From Chara braunii (Eukaryota > Plantae > Charophyceae): 64,000 bases of DNA. Shown here in pieces: positions 46,711-59,848 of the stretch. The notes under the pieces are model-generated. The model was not told the DNA's origin and ran no database searches. It was given only the letters and a program-made list of their open reading frames with translations. The stretch lies in the NCBI GenBank assembly GCA_003427395.1, contig BFEA01000018.1, positions 1,584,098 to 1,648,097 on the forward strand, given 5' to 3'. A program made the position numbers and the translations under genes. Within the stretch, counting starts at the first letter, position 1. Each line of letters starts with the position of its first letter.

Positions 46711-49289
46711 AGTTTTTTCGTTTCCCTGCGCCCGACACCCTCTCGTCAGTAAGCAAGGTAATTCGAAAAACAACAAACTCCCGCCAGCATAACTCTTCGC
46801 TCTTCTCAGTGGTGTGGTGTCGCCGTAAGACCTCCGGCCTCTCTCAGGTGACACTTCTGAATTTCTTCCTCTTTGCTGGGCCTCTGCGGCGCAAGCTCCG
46901 AGCTCGAAACTTGGAGACAGAGATCCCTGAAGTGCTCCTCCCTGCAGCTAGTAGGCGATCGCGGTGCTAAGGGACCTACGCAGGTTCGGTTCGGCGAGTG
47001 ACCTTTCTGCATTAGTGCGTGCGAGCACTCAGTCGTGGTATGTCCCGAGCTCTCTCCAGTCCGCCAGGCCGCACGTCCGTCGTTCCCTGTTCGAGAGTAG
47101 CGCTTCCGAGCTTTTTGAAGAGGCGCGCCACCTCCGCCTCCCAGGGTAACTCTTTCCCCCAGATTCTCTCGCCTCCCGTGCACTGTGCTGCCCGGGCATC
47201 TGAAGCGCCCTGCAGGACGACACCTCATCCCCTGTCTCCTCGTCAGTCCTAGGGCCAGACGACGACGTAACTCCGTGCGCAGGGCGTACGTTTGCTCCAC
47301 ACGCACGTGGCGAACGGTCCCGGGCGCCTACCCCCTTGCCTCGCCGTCGATCGCCGCTCCTCCTTTTGTGGAGCACCTATGGTTACTTCCGAGCAACCCC
47401 GCCCCGCGGCAGGCCCGCCTCGCTCTCCCTCTTTCGGGAAAAGCTAACGCCTCTTGAGCGCTGCCCGCGAGACCGCACGACTACGGCTTCCCCCGGATCG
47501 TTCCGGCCCGTGCTCACCTCGCTTGCACCGTCCTCTTCCTTCCTGGCACTGTCGCTCGGTGATTGCTTTGAACTCGTGCGCATACTCCCGTACTCCTCCG
47601 CGCTGGCCCGCGGGGTCGTTCGCACGTGCAGCACCGACTGATGGGGGCAAGTGCGCGTGTACGTGCGTTCTCCCTCGTGCGCGATCCCCTCTCCTTCCCT
47701 GGCGCTTACTTATATACTCCTTTCTCCCCTCCGTCGATCCGTCCTTCTTTTTTCCCCTCCAATCACCACCCCTCCTACTTTCCTGGTCGTACTTCTCACT
47801 CTCCCCGTTCTCCCGCCAGTTGCTTGTCAAATTTTTAGCTATTTTTCGTCAAATCTTCAATCTCCCGCCTCCCCAGTTCCCAAGATCGCATCCTCCGCAT
47901 GGAACTCAGGCGGGAATCAGAACCTTGGCCTCGATCTCTAGCTCCAGCGTCCCCGCAGGTGACGAGTACCAACGACCGATTCTCATCCAGGTGCGCGAGC
48001 AACTCACACTTCCCCCTTTTTGAGCGGTTACCAAGAAACTCAAGGCGCAAGAAGCCGAAAAATTCCAAGTCCCGCCTTCTTTTCCTAATCCCTCTCTGTT
48101 TCCCTCCTTCTCCTCTTTACTGATCCCTCACGTAGATCCCTCCCAGTAGGGTTCCTCGTACTTCTGGTAACGGACTGACGGAGTTCGTATCTGTGATCCC
48201 GATTCACCCCCTCCACTTTGTTCGTAGATTCCCCGATCCTTTGCTCACTCGGCCGTGAGTGCATCTCCCCGTGAACACCGTTCACATTCCGTGGTCCTCG
48301 AACCGCCGCCCTTGATGCCACCTGGGCCACCCCCCTTCGGCGGTTGACAAGAAGCCTGCGGCGCTCTTTTCATCCTCATACGGTTAGAACTCAGATATAC
48401 CAGCTCATTTTTTTTTCCCTCTTTTCAAGATATCTACGCCCAGGCTTTGGCGTGGATGGTTGGGGAGGGTAGCTACCCACTGTACTGCAATCGAGCACCC
48501 TGAGCTTCGAGAGACCATGCAGACTCACAGGAAAACGCTTCCTTTCACAAAGATTTACCATTTGGCCCTACTGTATCGACACAGTTCCTCCTGCTTCCAA
48601 AAAAAAAACAGGCCAACAGCGGACTCCGGACTCATAGCCAAAAACCCGAGTTCCCCGTGCCAATCTCTCTTCCGGGGGCGGCCACACCGGAGCCGCGGGT
48701 TTGTTCCCAAGTCTCATAATGCCCCAGTTCACGCTAGGTAAAAATGCCGGCCCCACTCAACCGCCCTCCTTCAAGCCGAGGTGACCCCCACGTCCTTTTC
48801 TCAGTCGAACCCCTTCGCTACAGGCGTGCCCTTCTCCCTTCGAACGTCTTGCTCTCGGATCCACGAGTCGCGGCTCTCCACCTCCCTCCTTGTTTTCCAA
48901 GATGGCTCGCCCCTTTCTCCTGCCTCTGCAATTTCCTGACCTTCCTCCTTCGCCCCCCTAGTTGGCAAATGCACGTGCGAGCTCTCCGCCTTCAACCGTC
49001 TTTCCTGCTTCCTTCAAGCAGGTGAGTCGTGGCCCCACCTACTTCGCTCGCAACCTGCCCACTGTAGACCCCCAAATCCGCTGACGGGGAAGTTGTCATC
49101 GCTCCGGGACCCATCAAGTTGCAGCCACTATCCTTGCCTTGACTGCCTTTTCGTCGAACGTTGCTTTCGCTGCAGCGGGTAATGGTGGAGAGGCCCGGCC
49201 TCTTCTCGTAGTCAAACCCGGCCCCTCACGGGTTCCTTCTCTCCGGATCTCTTGCGGACCATCCCAAAGTCCACCGGCAATCCAGCTTT

Positions 49290-49560
49290 TTAGTTGGCAT
49301 CGTACGATTCCTTCAGTACAGGGTGCACAATCAGCTCTGGACTGTAGCTCTTAATCACCGGGCCCGCATCTTTGGCACAAAAGACACGTGCTTTTGCTGC
49401 AAAATATGGAGTCTCGGTGTATTCCCTGCAACCTCCCACAACAGCTATCTCACCTGCCTGGCCTTTGTGTTTCCCTGGGGATAATTGTGGAACAAATGCC
49501 CGAATCGCGGACAAGACACTTTCGAGGCTGCTCCACAGCATCCTTGCGTCTATTTGCCCC
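49290..49560 (-). pseudogene. NAXD: Captured fragment of ATP-dependent NAD(P)H-hydrate dehydratase (NAXD/CARKD)
   Basis: [33 protein letters not shown][deletion][29 protein letters not shown], matching the plant NAXD N-terminal half. Confidence 0.9.
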
Positions 49561-50554
49561 ACCTTGGCTTGTTCCGCTTCAACTTCTTCTCCCCTTCTCT
49601 TTTCTTCTCCCTTCACCTCCTGACTCTTAGTTGTTCGTTCTGCGCCGGCAATTCTCCCATTCGATCGATGGCCAGCTGCCGTCTCTGACGAATCGAACTG
49701 CAGTGCCGCGCCAGTCGGCTGATCCCTCGAAATAATGCTTGTGGTTGCAATATTTCATCGAATGGTGTAAATCAGAGTTTTGGCAGGAACAAATCGCGCC
49801 TCGCCGCTCCACAATGAATTTTGCGCGTGCTCGCATCAATCCCCTTTCTTCTTTTTCTCGTGAGGCCTCCTATCCCGGTGCTTGGCCCCTCATTCACCCC
49901 ACTGCTTTTGACTCGGCCAAGGTCCATTCTGACTTGCGCCGCCCGCCCCGTATTCTCTGTCTTTGACTCCAAAACTCCAATCTTTTTGGATCCGCCCGAG
50001 CCTGCTTGCGACCAAGGCGGGGACCGCTACTCCAGCCGATTGAAAGGGTTAGCATGAAGGCCCGAAGGCCCGAGGACATCAAAAACATCATACCTGCATG
50101 CATGCATACGTCAAAACCAAGCAAAAAAACAGCAACGAAGGAAAAAACGTTTTCCATTTTTAAAGAAAAAAACCATCGGCTGGTAGGCAGTCGCCCGACA
50201 ACCAGCCCACACCCCATTTCTCGACGTCCCCGGCGAGTCTCTTTCGTGACCCCTTTCTTTTTAACCACTGCCCCTAACCCAATGCTTACCCATGAAAAGT
50301 TTCTTCCGTTCCATCTCATTTCCCCGGTTAGGCTTCGTTGTATTTCTCTTTTTACTAGACTCGACCCTACCGTTTAGCCGCAACGCCTTCAATGACCCAC
50401 GACACATGACACCAGTGTATGGTACAATACCCTCCCAGGATTACGACCCATCGCCCCTTACGACACCCGTTTCTCTAACTGTGGTACATTATGGCGTATC
50501 ACCTTTCCCGGGACACGTTTTCCTAACTATGGTACACCATTCTTCTCCCCTTCT

Positions 50555-52439
50555 CTATGCCCGTCTCCGTCTCCTCATCCTCCTCTCGCGCCTCTCTCTC
50601 TTCCGTTTTCTCTCCTTTCTCTCCCGTTTGAGTCTCAGGGCCATTCTTGACGCATTCCTCCTGTCGCTCAACCTGTATTCCCTTAATCGGCCAGCATCTC
50701 CGTCATCCTCTCTCGGTCGTTTCGTCTTCCTAGGGGTTTTTGGTAGGGTAGGTTTTCGGACCTTATATCCTTTCTTTGGTGGTCGAGAAGAGGCTCTTTG
50801 TTTGGAGGTCTCCCTTTTTTCGTGCGTCGCAGTCACCTCTGTGTCAATAGCCTCCTTTCCTTTCCGCTCCGGCTCCTCCCCAAGGGTCCCTCTTGATCGG
50901 AAGATTTTGAGGCGAGCCCCTGCTATAGGATCCCGTAGCCTACTCCCATCTAGTTCAGTGAGCATATAAGCCCCCCCATCCAATCTCTTTAGGACCCTAT
51001 ACAGCCCCATCCATCGGTTTGCCAATTTCCGGCTCCAGGTCTTTTCAAGTGACGAATCGTACATCAGCACTAGGTCGTTAACCCCTATCGGCGCCTTTCG
51101 GACCCACAGATTTTTGTCCCACCTATCCTTACTTTTTACTGTCTCTCTCTCTCTCGACATTCTCGCTAGCCGTGGTCATCCTAGTATCAAAGTTCTCGGC
51201 TATTTTTTGTATCCGTGCCTCCAACAATTCACCCCTAGACATGTTGGCTTTCCATGAGACGCTCGTCCAAGTGTCAATGTGGAATTCGATGGTAGAGGAC
51301 AATGCCTACCGAACCAGAGGGTGTAAGGAGGATACCCCGTACTGGATTTGACCGTGATATTATCGGCCCAAACTGCGTACCGCAAATACCTCGGCCACTG
51401 TTCCGCGCGCCCTTTGCACCATTTCGCTAGAGCGTCCACAAGAGTCTGGTGACCCCGTTCTACCGGCGCGTTGCTTTGGGGGTGATAAGCGGTCGTATAG
51501 GCTGCCCCTATTCCCACCTTTTCCAATAACACTTTTACCTTTTGGCTCAAGAACTTTGCGCCTCTATCCATAACTATTCCCCCGACACACCCGTACCGCG
51601 CGATATATTCAAGGAGAAATTCACTTACCTCCTCAGCTGTCTTCTTTTTAATGGCCTTTGCCTCTACGAACCCGGTGAGGTCATCCCGAGCGTTGATTAT
51701 ATACCGAAGTCCGCCGACCCCTTTTCGGCATGGTTACTAAATCTATGTGGACCTTCTCTCCCGAAACCGTGGGAAGCGATGGAACTAAGGGTTCCTTGTA
51801 TCGAACCGTTGCCCTCTTCTGGCAAGCCTCACATGTTGAACAATACTTTTCCACTTCCGTGTATTGCTTGTCCCACCAATAAAGCCTACGGACCTTATCG
51901 AAAGTACCCTTCACCCCCCTGTGACCTCCAACGACCCCATCGTGTAACTCCTCTATGACCGCCCTTCTCTCCTCCGGATCGCACAACACCCTCATGGGTA
52001 TCGCAAACTTAGTGGGTCTTTTGAAGAGATGGCCTCCCCGCAGACAATACCCCAGCGCCTCTTGCTGGATTCTTCCAGTCCCTGTTTCCCTACCGGCCAA
52101 GTACAGTCCTATGTCTCGGTACTTCCCGTCGTAGAGATTTGCGAGAAAAGTCATTGGGCCCCCTTCTTCCCCTCGGCTGCTTCCCGCTATTTGTGGCCTA
52201 TTAGCGGCGACTTTCATTGTCTCCTCTTTGGCCATTGTCACTTCTTCCTCCTTAAGCCTAGGTAGGTCCTCCTCACGAATGGGAAGCCGGGACAATCCGT
52301 CTGCGACCTGGTTCTTAGTCCCCGATATCCTCTCGACCCTATAGTCGTAAAGCCTAATATGAATAATCCAGCGTGCGATGGTCGGATCGGTCAGCGATAA
52401 ATATTTTTGGAGGACAGCGGCCACTGCTGTCGGGTTCAC
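50555..52439 (-). pseudogene. Gypsy RNase H C-terminus plus integrase (frameshifted)
   Basis: LHDGVVGGHRG...CSTCEAC (HHCC), HIDLV, DRGAKF, YHPQSNAPVERGH, GPY-like RWMGLYRV; no chromodomain. Confidence 0.92.
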
Positions 52440-52454
52440 CCTGAGAAGAAATTG

Positions 52455-54190
52455 TCACCCGTATAGGTAATGACGGAAAGCCTTTAGGCAATGCAGTACC
52501 CCTAACACCTCCTTTTTGAATTGGCTATAATTTCTCTCGGCGGGGTTCAAGGTCCGGCTTTCGAATCGCAACGGTCTCTCTTTCCCCTCTCCGTCCTTTT
52601 GTGACAGGAGGCCTCCCACCGAGTGAGGTCCCGCGTCCGTGGAAACTATAAAGGGGCGATGCTCCTCATCTTCGAAGAAAGGAACTCCTAGGACCTCTCC
52701 GACTTCGCGGAACTCCCCCTTTAAGGCTTCCATGGCTGCGACCTGTTCTTCTCCCCAAACCCATCCTTCCGATTTCCTAAGGAGTCTCCGAAGGGGTTCT
52801 GCTTTCTCTCCATAGGCTTTTATGAAGATTCTCCAGTAGCCCACAACCCCTAGAAACTGTCGGACTTCCGTTATGGACTTAAGCGGTGACGGCCAGGTCA
52901 TCAATTTCACTAATTTTTCGGGGTCGGGCCTTCGCCCATCCTTATCGCAAATGAACCCCAGTATCTTGATGGAGGACACGCCCCAACGACTCTTAGCTCC
53001 GCTTACCGTGAGGTTGGCATCATCTAACTTCTCAAGGACGTTTCTGACATCACTCATGTGGTCGGCCACGAATTTTGTCACCCCCGGGAAGACCTCCGTC
53101 TCATCCCGTTCGACCGACCCTTTTATCGGGAAGTCATCTAGGAAGACCTCCACCTTCTCCGGTATGAACTCCTTGAGGACCGTGATCATGGCCCTTTGGA
53201 ACACCGCTACCCCATTCGTCCAACCCATTGGTACCACCATCATTTGAACCAGCCCTAAAGGCGTATGCATGGCGGTCATGTGCTTGTCTCGGTAATCTAA
53301 AGGAATCTCATCATACGCCGAGAAGAGGTTGCAGATAGAATATATTGAGTGATCTGCCGGTCCTTCAGCTAGCAAGTCGGCTTCAGGTATGGACCCCACG
53401 TCTCTTATGGTGACCGCATTGGTCCTTTGGAGGTTTTGAATCCATCTCAGTTTGTTGCTACCCCCCTTCCTCAGAAAGAACCACTTATTGGAGTAGGCAC
53501 TCTCACAAGGTTCCGCGACGAACGTCCTGATCTTTTCCTTGATGAAGGCTACTATCTCCTCTTTCTCCTTTTGAGCGTACTTCCACTGAGGGCTATCCTT
53601 CCAAGGCACGTGCGGGACCGTGTGGATCCGGGCCGGCTTAGCATACCTTGGGTCGATTCTCCCTCTCTCCGAGTCATCAAAGGCAATGACCTTATCGCAG
53701 TCCCTTAAGGTCATGGCTATGAACTCTTTCTCTTTCTCCGTGAGATTCCCATCCCCTATATCCATCTTGGCCAACCTATCGGCCGTTATCCTTTGCCCTT
53801 CGGTCTCTTTCCTTTTCCTGATGATATCAGCGATCTCCTCCTCCGATATCGTAGCTTCCCTCGTTCTATCCCGGCTGACCGCGGCGGGCTTTACTTTCTC
53901 CGCCACGGTTTTGTGCTTCTTAACTCTGCCGGCTAGGGGGATACCTCCAAAAAAGACATACTCACGCATCCACCGAACTCCTCCTCCTCGTCCTCCTTCT
54001 CGTACCCCATACCGTTAATGAAAATCCTATCCCCTACGTCCTCGACCTTCAATTGGTCCCCCTTGGGACCCCTATCCGCCAAGGGCACCTCCTCCAGACG
54101 GACTCGGCACACCCTCGACTGACTCCCCTTGCGTCTAGCAATGCTGGTCCGGTTACGTTCATCTTGCGCGTCTACGGTCCTTAGGACTAC
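52455..54190 (-). pseudogene. Gypsy reverse transcriptase plus RNase H
   Basis: LRWIQNLQRTNAVTIRD, PMGWTNGVAVFQ, FLDD, FLGVVGYWRIFI, TDAG, ERNYSQFKKEVL. Confidence 0.95.
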
Positions 54191-57100
54191 TCAGATTTCA
54201 TCAGGACTTTGGATCGAGAGGGTCTGACTTCCATCCGGCAAATCAACCGTGGTCGCGTGTACTGCGCTCAGCCAGGTCCTTTCGAGGATCAATTCGGAGA
54301 AGCACTCTTTTATTGAAAAGATCGGGACTGTGGCCTCTACGCCAGCGACTTCAATCACGGGACTATGACACACTCCTTCCGCCGGTTGCAGCTTGTTATC
54401 AGCCCCTACCATTGACATCGATACCCCTCGATCTATCTCCAAACCCAGTTCCCGGGAGTCCCTACACACCGTAGACTCGGACCCGTTATCCACTAGGGCC
54501 CTTATTTTCTTCCCACTTACCACTGCCTGGAGCTGGCCGCTACCTAACACGTAGAATTTCTTGGCCTCTTCTCCCGAGAAGAAGTTGGCAGGTAGTTCCT
54601 CCATGGTAACGCGGGAGGCCTGTACTTCTTCCTTGGCTGGACCCTCCACCGGTACCGTGGGCCCCCATGCGAGCGGGACTCTTACCTTCCTCGTGATGCT
54701 TAGGAGTTTTTCCCTGGCGCTTTTCCTGGCGGCTAGATATTCCAAAAGTGTGCACTGCATAGGATGCATCAGGGTCCTCCTAAGGGGGGCTACTGTGTCT
54801 ATCTCATCCAGAGTGCACTTCATTTTGAACTTTTTGGGCCCCTTTTTTTTAGGCGATTTGGGTGAGGTGGGCTCTTCCTTCTTTTCCTCCACCGCTTTTG
54901 CATCAGCCATCGGTTGGTCATTGTCGCCGCTCCTTACTTCCGTACCCTCCGTCACGTTAGCTTGGCTCTCAGACGTCTCGGTCCCAACCTGCGTTCTCAC
55001 CCTTAGGCAAGACCTCTCTTCCTCGGGCTGGGTTTCTATAAACTTAATGCTTGACACCTGGGGTTCCCTAATGGACACCCCCCCCGATGACTCCGTCATT
55101 TGGATATGGGTTGTGTTGGAGGAGCTCCCGACTTCCGGTTTCTTCCCCAACCTAGCCTCCTGGAGGGCCATCCTTTTGTCTACGTTCACCTTCATTGATG
55201 GGTAAAAGGAGACCGCCTCTCCGCTATCTCCCCACACAACCCACTTGTTCTCATTCAGTTTGACCACCCCCAATCTTAAGGCCTCCGTGAGATAAGGGCA
55301 GTCCCTCTTGATGTGATTTTCTTCATTGCAGTAGACACACCCGTTTCGAGCTTGTGGGTTGTTGGGGCGCGGACCCCCTTGTGTGGCCGTCGCTATAGGC
55401 GCAGGTGGAGTCGGTGGCGGTGGTGCCGGCGGCGGTGATGCCCTAACCTCCGGTCGTGGCCCAAAAGTCCTTGCTTGAGGGGTGTCTCCCCATCTTCCAT
55501 CCCTAGCATCCTTCCAATGGGAACTCCCCCTATCGGAACCACGATTCCCCCCTATCTCCCGGTCGTTCCTCCAACCTCCTTGGCCACTTGATTCGTTCCT
55601 CCATCCGGTCGGCCGTTCTCCCCACCGGGGACCAGGTGGCCCCGGGGGCGGTCTATCGTTCCCCCTCGGACCATCGTTCCGCGTGCCTCGGATGTTGCAG
55701 AGTGTCATGTCCAAGGTCTCCTTCATGTAATCCCTCACATCTACTCCTCCCTCCGTGAAAACCACCTCCGTGACTTTATCGAAATAGGCAGAATCCCTCA
55801 GGGCCTTCTCAAGGACCTCTTTCCTATTTTTCTCGGGCAGGTGTAGCATGAACATCACGCACCTATCTACTTCAGATAGCATACCCCTATCCACTAGGGC
55901 TTGGGACAGGCGCTTGAACCTACGGGTGAAGGCTACCAAGCTCTCCCGTTCCCCCCTTGTGATTCGTCACAAGCCCTCCACGGTCGGGATCTGGTCATCA
56001 CAGGCGAAAGTCTGCAATAGGCTCGCCTTGAAGGTCCTCCACTGTCCGTCTGAGGGGTAGATAGCCCGAATCGCGGGGTGTAACTCGGGGTCCGAGTGCT
56101 GGATAAAATAGTCGATCCACTCCCTTTCGGAGAATCTTTTACGGTAAGCATAACTCTCTCATTTCTCCACGAACCCAGTCACATCCCGTCCGTCGAAGAA
56201 AAGTGTCTCCAGACCTAGGTTGACATCGTAATAAGGGACTCGTCGGTTGTCGTATCGGCGAAAATAGGGACCTTCCATTGGGCCATCGATTGCCGGGTCG
56301 TACGGCTTGTACCACGAGGGATCCGACTCCTCCACCCGGCCCCGGGGTCTAGGCGGTTCCCAGGGGTCTTCCCCGTAGCGGCCTCGCTCATCCAGCCAAT
56401 CCGTCTCCCACCGAGCGGGGCCCTGCCCCCTAAAGCTCCTCCAGGCCTCCACCCCCTGATTTCTGCCCGTTATCTCGTCGGGAACCCGGACAGCATCCGT
56501 TTCTCTTACGACCCATCTTCGTGGCCTACTACCTGCCTCCGCCGGCCTCTTGTCTCTAAAGTCCCTTCTACTCGGTCCCCCCTCCTCTTCTCTCCTCGGT
56601 GGCCGGTAACCCAACCTATCTCTTGAAAATTCGAGAGCTTCTCCCATTCTTGTGTCAGGTAAATCCGCCCACCGAGACTCTATAGGAAGGCCCCTCGAGC
56701 CCTCGATCTCCCCTTCTCGCGTAGGCATTCGCATCTCCGTGCCAGTTCTCGGCCCCACTAGAGAGAAGGTTAATAGATGTCTTTATTTTCATGTTATTTT
56801 CAGCTGCTTCAGACGGGTGTGAGGTACTTGGATGGGAAAACCTGAAACTACTTTCAAAAGCTTCAACCACTTCAGGTCATTTCAGAGGTTTCAAATTCCC
56901 AACCGGAACTCCTGTAATGACTTGAAGTGGCTGAAGCTTTTGAAAGCGGTTTCAGGTCCCCCTATCCAAGCATTTGGATGGGGGGACCTGAAACCGCTTT
57001 TAGAAGCTTCAGCCATTGCATATTATTTCAGAGGTTTCAGATCTCCCCACCTGAAACTCCTTAAATGATCTGAAGTAGCTGAAAATCTGAAAGCGGTTTA

Positions 57101-58280
57101 AGAGGTTCCCATCCAACCATTTGGATGGGGGGACCTGAAACCTCTTTCAGAAGCTTCAGCCACTTCAGATCATTTCAAAGGTTTCAGGTCTCTCCATCTG
57201 AANNNNNNNNNNNNNNNNNNNNNNNNNNNNNNNNNNNNNNNNNNNNNCATCTGAAACTCCTGAAATAATCTGAAGTGGCTGAAAATTTGAAAGCGGTTTC
57301 AGATTCCCCCATCCAACCATTTGGATGGGGGGACCTGAAACCACTTTCAGAAGCTTCAACCACTTCAGATCATGTCAGAGGTTTCAGGTCTCCCCATCTG
57401 AAACTTCTGAAATAATATGAAGCTGCTGAAAATCTGAAAGCGGTTTGAGATGCATCAATCCAACCATTTGGATGGGGGGACCTGAAACCGCTTTCAGAAG
57501 CTTAAACCACTTCAGTTTTTTTCAGAGGTTTCAGGCCTCCCCACCTGAAACTCCTGAAATGACTTGAAGTGGCCCACAACAACGTTGATCAAAACAAAAA
57601 CAGGCAAAAAAAAAAAAAAAAAAAAACATAAAATATTACCCCAAAACCAGCTGTAACTCCTGAAATGGCATGAAGTGTCTTCATGTCATTCCAGTGTTTT
57701 CAGGCTTCTCCTAACAGACTTCAGGATCTTTCATTCTGAAATTTCAGGAGGTCGTTAACCACTTGTGCCCCACTAAGACCTGCCTTTCACCGGTGACGGC
57801 CTCCGGCCCCCTTTCGACCCATCTCCGTGGCCTACCGCCGGCTTCAGCTGACCTTCCTTCTTTTAAGTCCCTCCTGTCCTGACACTCCTCTTCCTCCCTC
57901 CTAAGTGGTCGATACCCCTGTCTATCTCTAGGAAATTCCCGTGCTTCCTCCAACCTTGCTTCCGCATCCATTAGGTCCGCCCACCGGGATTCCACCGGAA
58001 CGCCTCTTGCGGCCTCGGTGACCCCTTCGTTTACCGACACCCGTGGCCCCACATCCCTGTGCACTCGCATTTCCGTGCCAGCTCTTTGCCCCTTTGAGGC
58101 ATGTCTCTCTCCCGAAGCCATTTCCGGAACCCCCTCGGCCCTATCTAGCGTCTCTGCTCCCTCTGTCATTTTTTCCACTACCCTACTTAGACTGGCCCCC
58201 AACTCGGGGCTATTCACTATCCCCCTTCTTTCAGTGGTTTCCGGCGGACTAGCGAGACCAGCCTCTACTTCACTCTCCAT
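54191..58280 (-). pseudogene. Gypsy gag plus aspartic protease, interrupted by a MITE at 56761-57767 and by stops
   Basis: FFDGRDVTGFVE, the zinc knuckle CVYCNEENHIKRDC and the protease ALVDNGSE...LILERTWL; the frame runs RQVLVG|PRTG across the MITE. Confidence 0.9.
56761..57767. mobile_element. 8-bp-TSD asymmetric-end DNA transposon (relative of 15381-15832)
   Basis: TSD CCCCACTA at 56753-56760 and 57768-57775; ends GAGAGAAGGTTAA / TTAACCACTTGTG; internal palindromic repeats. Confidence 0.92.
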
Positions 58281-58472
58281 GCACCCTTATTGACAATTTC
58301 TAGTCGCCTCCCTCACTATCGTCCGCGTTACCTTCCGGCTCGTCCCCTTCACTACTGTCTGCGGTATCTTCCGAGTTCTCTTCTTCCTCCGATCCCCCAT
58401 TCTCCACACTAGAATCCTCGTCAGCACCCTCTCCCTCCGACTCCTCGCTGGTCACCGTCCACCAAGAATCCC

Positions 58473-59189
58473 TCAGTTTCTTCTCCTCGCTGGCGGCCAA
58501 CGCAAGATTCGCATCTCCAGGTCCGAGATGCCCCTAATCCCTTCTTGCGCACACCTCCTAATCAAGTCCCTGTCCACATCACCAGCTTGTCCAGAGAACA
58601 GGGGCTTGATGAACTCTCCAACGCGCGCCCACCACTCGAAGTCGGTGTCCTCTCTCGACTCCCAGCACTGGGTGAATAGCTCGTGCCCTCCTTCTTCACC
58701 CAGTGGGAATTTTTCTATCACCTGACCCCTCAATCGGACTCTTCTCACGGTCTCGTCGTCCGCATAGAGTAGTCGATAGGCCCAGGTAGGGATAGTCCAA
58801 GTTCTCCCGTGGGCTGCCCTTGGAACATCCGTCCTCCCTCGGTACTCTACCCTATCAATCACGGGGCCCTCCGGGCCACCCCCTCTCAATCTCCTTACTC
58901 GTTCCAGGGCCCTTTTGGCGATGCCTAGAGGATCTTTCCCTTCCGCCAATTCAGTTGCGAAGATTAGCCGGGCGTCAGGGGACAAAAACATTTCCGCCTT
59001 TCTCGTACAATTGTTCCCCTCGGACGCCACTAAAAACCTGACCACTGTCTCCTGCTCGTAAATTTCGAAGAACTCGGTAGTCACTTCTCCTTCCCCTCTC
59101 ACTCTCGGGAGAGTTACTCCATATCGTCCTCCCCACGTCCGAGCTCTTTCTATGGTACCAACGGGGTCCCCCCTCTCGTACCGAATCAT
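58473..59189 (-). CDS. Accessory ORF family alpha, 238 aa, upstream of gag
   Basis: VTLPR, MFLSPDA, TDVPR, IPTWAY, GHELFTQC. Confidence 0.65.
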   Translation of the reverse strand: MIRYERGDPVGTIERARTWGGRYGVTLPRVRGEGEVTTEFFEIYEQETVVRFLVASEGNNCTRKAEMFLSPDARLIFATELAEGKDPLGIAKRALERVRRLRGGGPEGPVIDRVEYRGRTDVPRAAHGRTWTIPTWAYRLLYADDETVRRVRLRGQVIEKFPLGEEGGHELFTQCWESREDTDFEWWARVGEFIKPLFSGQAGDVDRDLIRRCAQEGIRGISDLEMRILRWPPARRRN

Positions 59190-59198
59190 CCGGGGTCT

Positions 59199-59675
59199 TC
59201 ACCTTACGTCGGCCAACCTTGCGGCGGCCGCTGCAAGTGAGTCCTCGCACCTGGTGTGTCCAGTCTCTTCGTCCTCTTCCGGTGTTCGGCGCAAAACCTC
59301 TTTGTACTCTGCCGACCTATCCCAAAATCGGGTCTCCACAAGGTGCGTCCTAGACGTCAGCGGTGTTCCTAGATATCTAGAATCTTCTTTGAATCTTCTC
59401 TCTACCTCTAGCAAAGGTTCCCTCCAAGCCCTTGAGGATCTTATTCCACTTACGTCTCTAATGTGGATTGAAAAGTTGGCTAGTGTGGTCCAACTCCTTC
59501 TTTTCCACAAGGCCAGGCGTCGGACCTCTACTAGAAACTCCTTCTCGGCGCGGGCCATTCGGTCCTCTCCCAATTCTGGGTTAAGCTCCGCACTCCCCTC
59601 GACCCTAACCTCGCTAACGTCCTCGCAGGTCTCTAATTCCCAACGAATCATATTGGAGACGAACGAGGCTCTCAT
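59199..59675 (-). CDS. Accessory ORF, 158 aa, unknown function
   Basis: ATG ORF packed between neighbours with 4-9 nt gaps; same Arg/Glu/Trp-rich composition. Confidence 0.5.
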   Translation of the reverse strand: MRASFVSNMIRWELETCEDVSEVRVEGSAELNPELGEDRMARAEKEFLVEVRRLALWKRRSWTTLANFSIHIRDVSGIRSSRAWREPLLEVERRFKEDSRYLGTPLTSRTHLVETRFWDRSAEYKEVLRRTPEEDEETGHTRCEDSLAAAAARLADVR

Positions 59676-59848
59676 CCCCTCACCCCGTGAGAAGATCTAT
59701 CGTGACCTCGTCGAGGATAGCGATTGTGGTCGTCTCAAGTAGCTTGATTCTAGCTAAGGACCCAGACCTAGCTCTCCTTTCTTCCTCCCAGCACAGAGCG
59801 AGGATCCGGTGAAACTCTTCCCTCACTCTATCCAACCCCACAAGCCCC

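Noticed and set aside
56830-57570. CRISPR-like palindromic repeats
   Set aside because: Internal repeats of a TSD-flanked MITE with no unique spacers.
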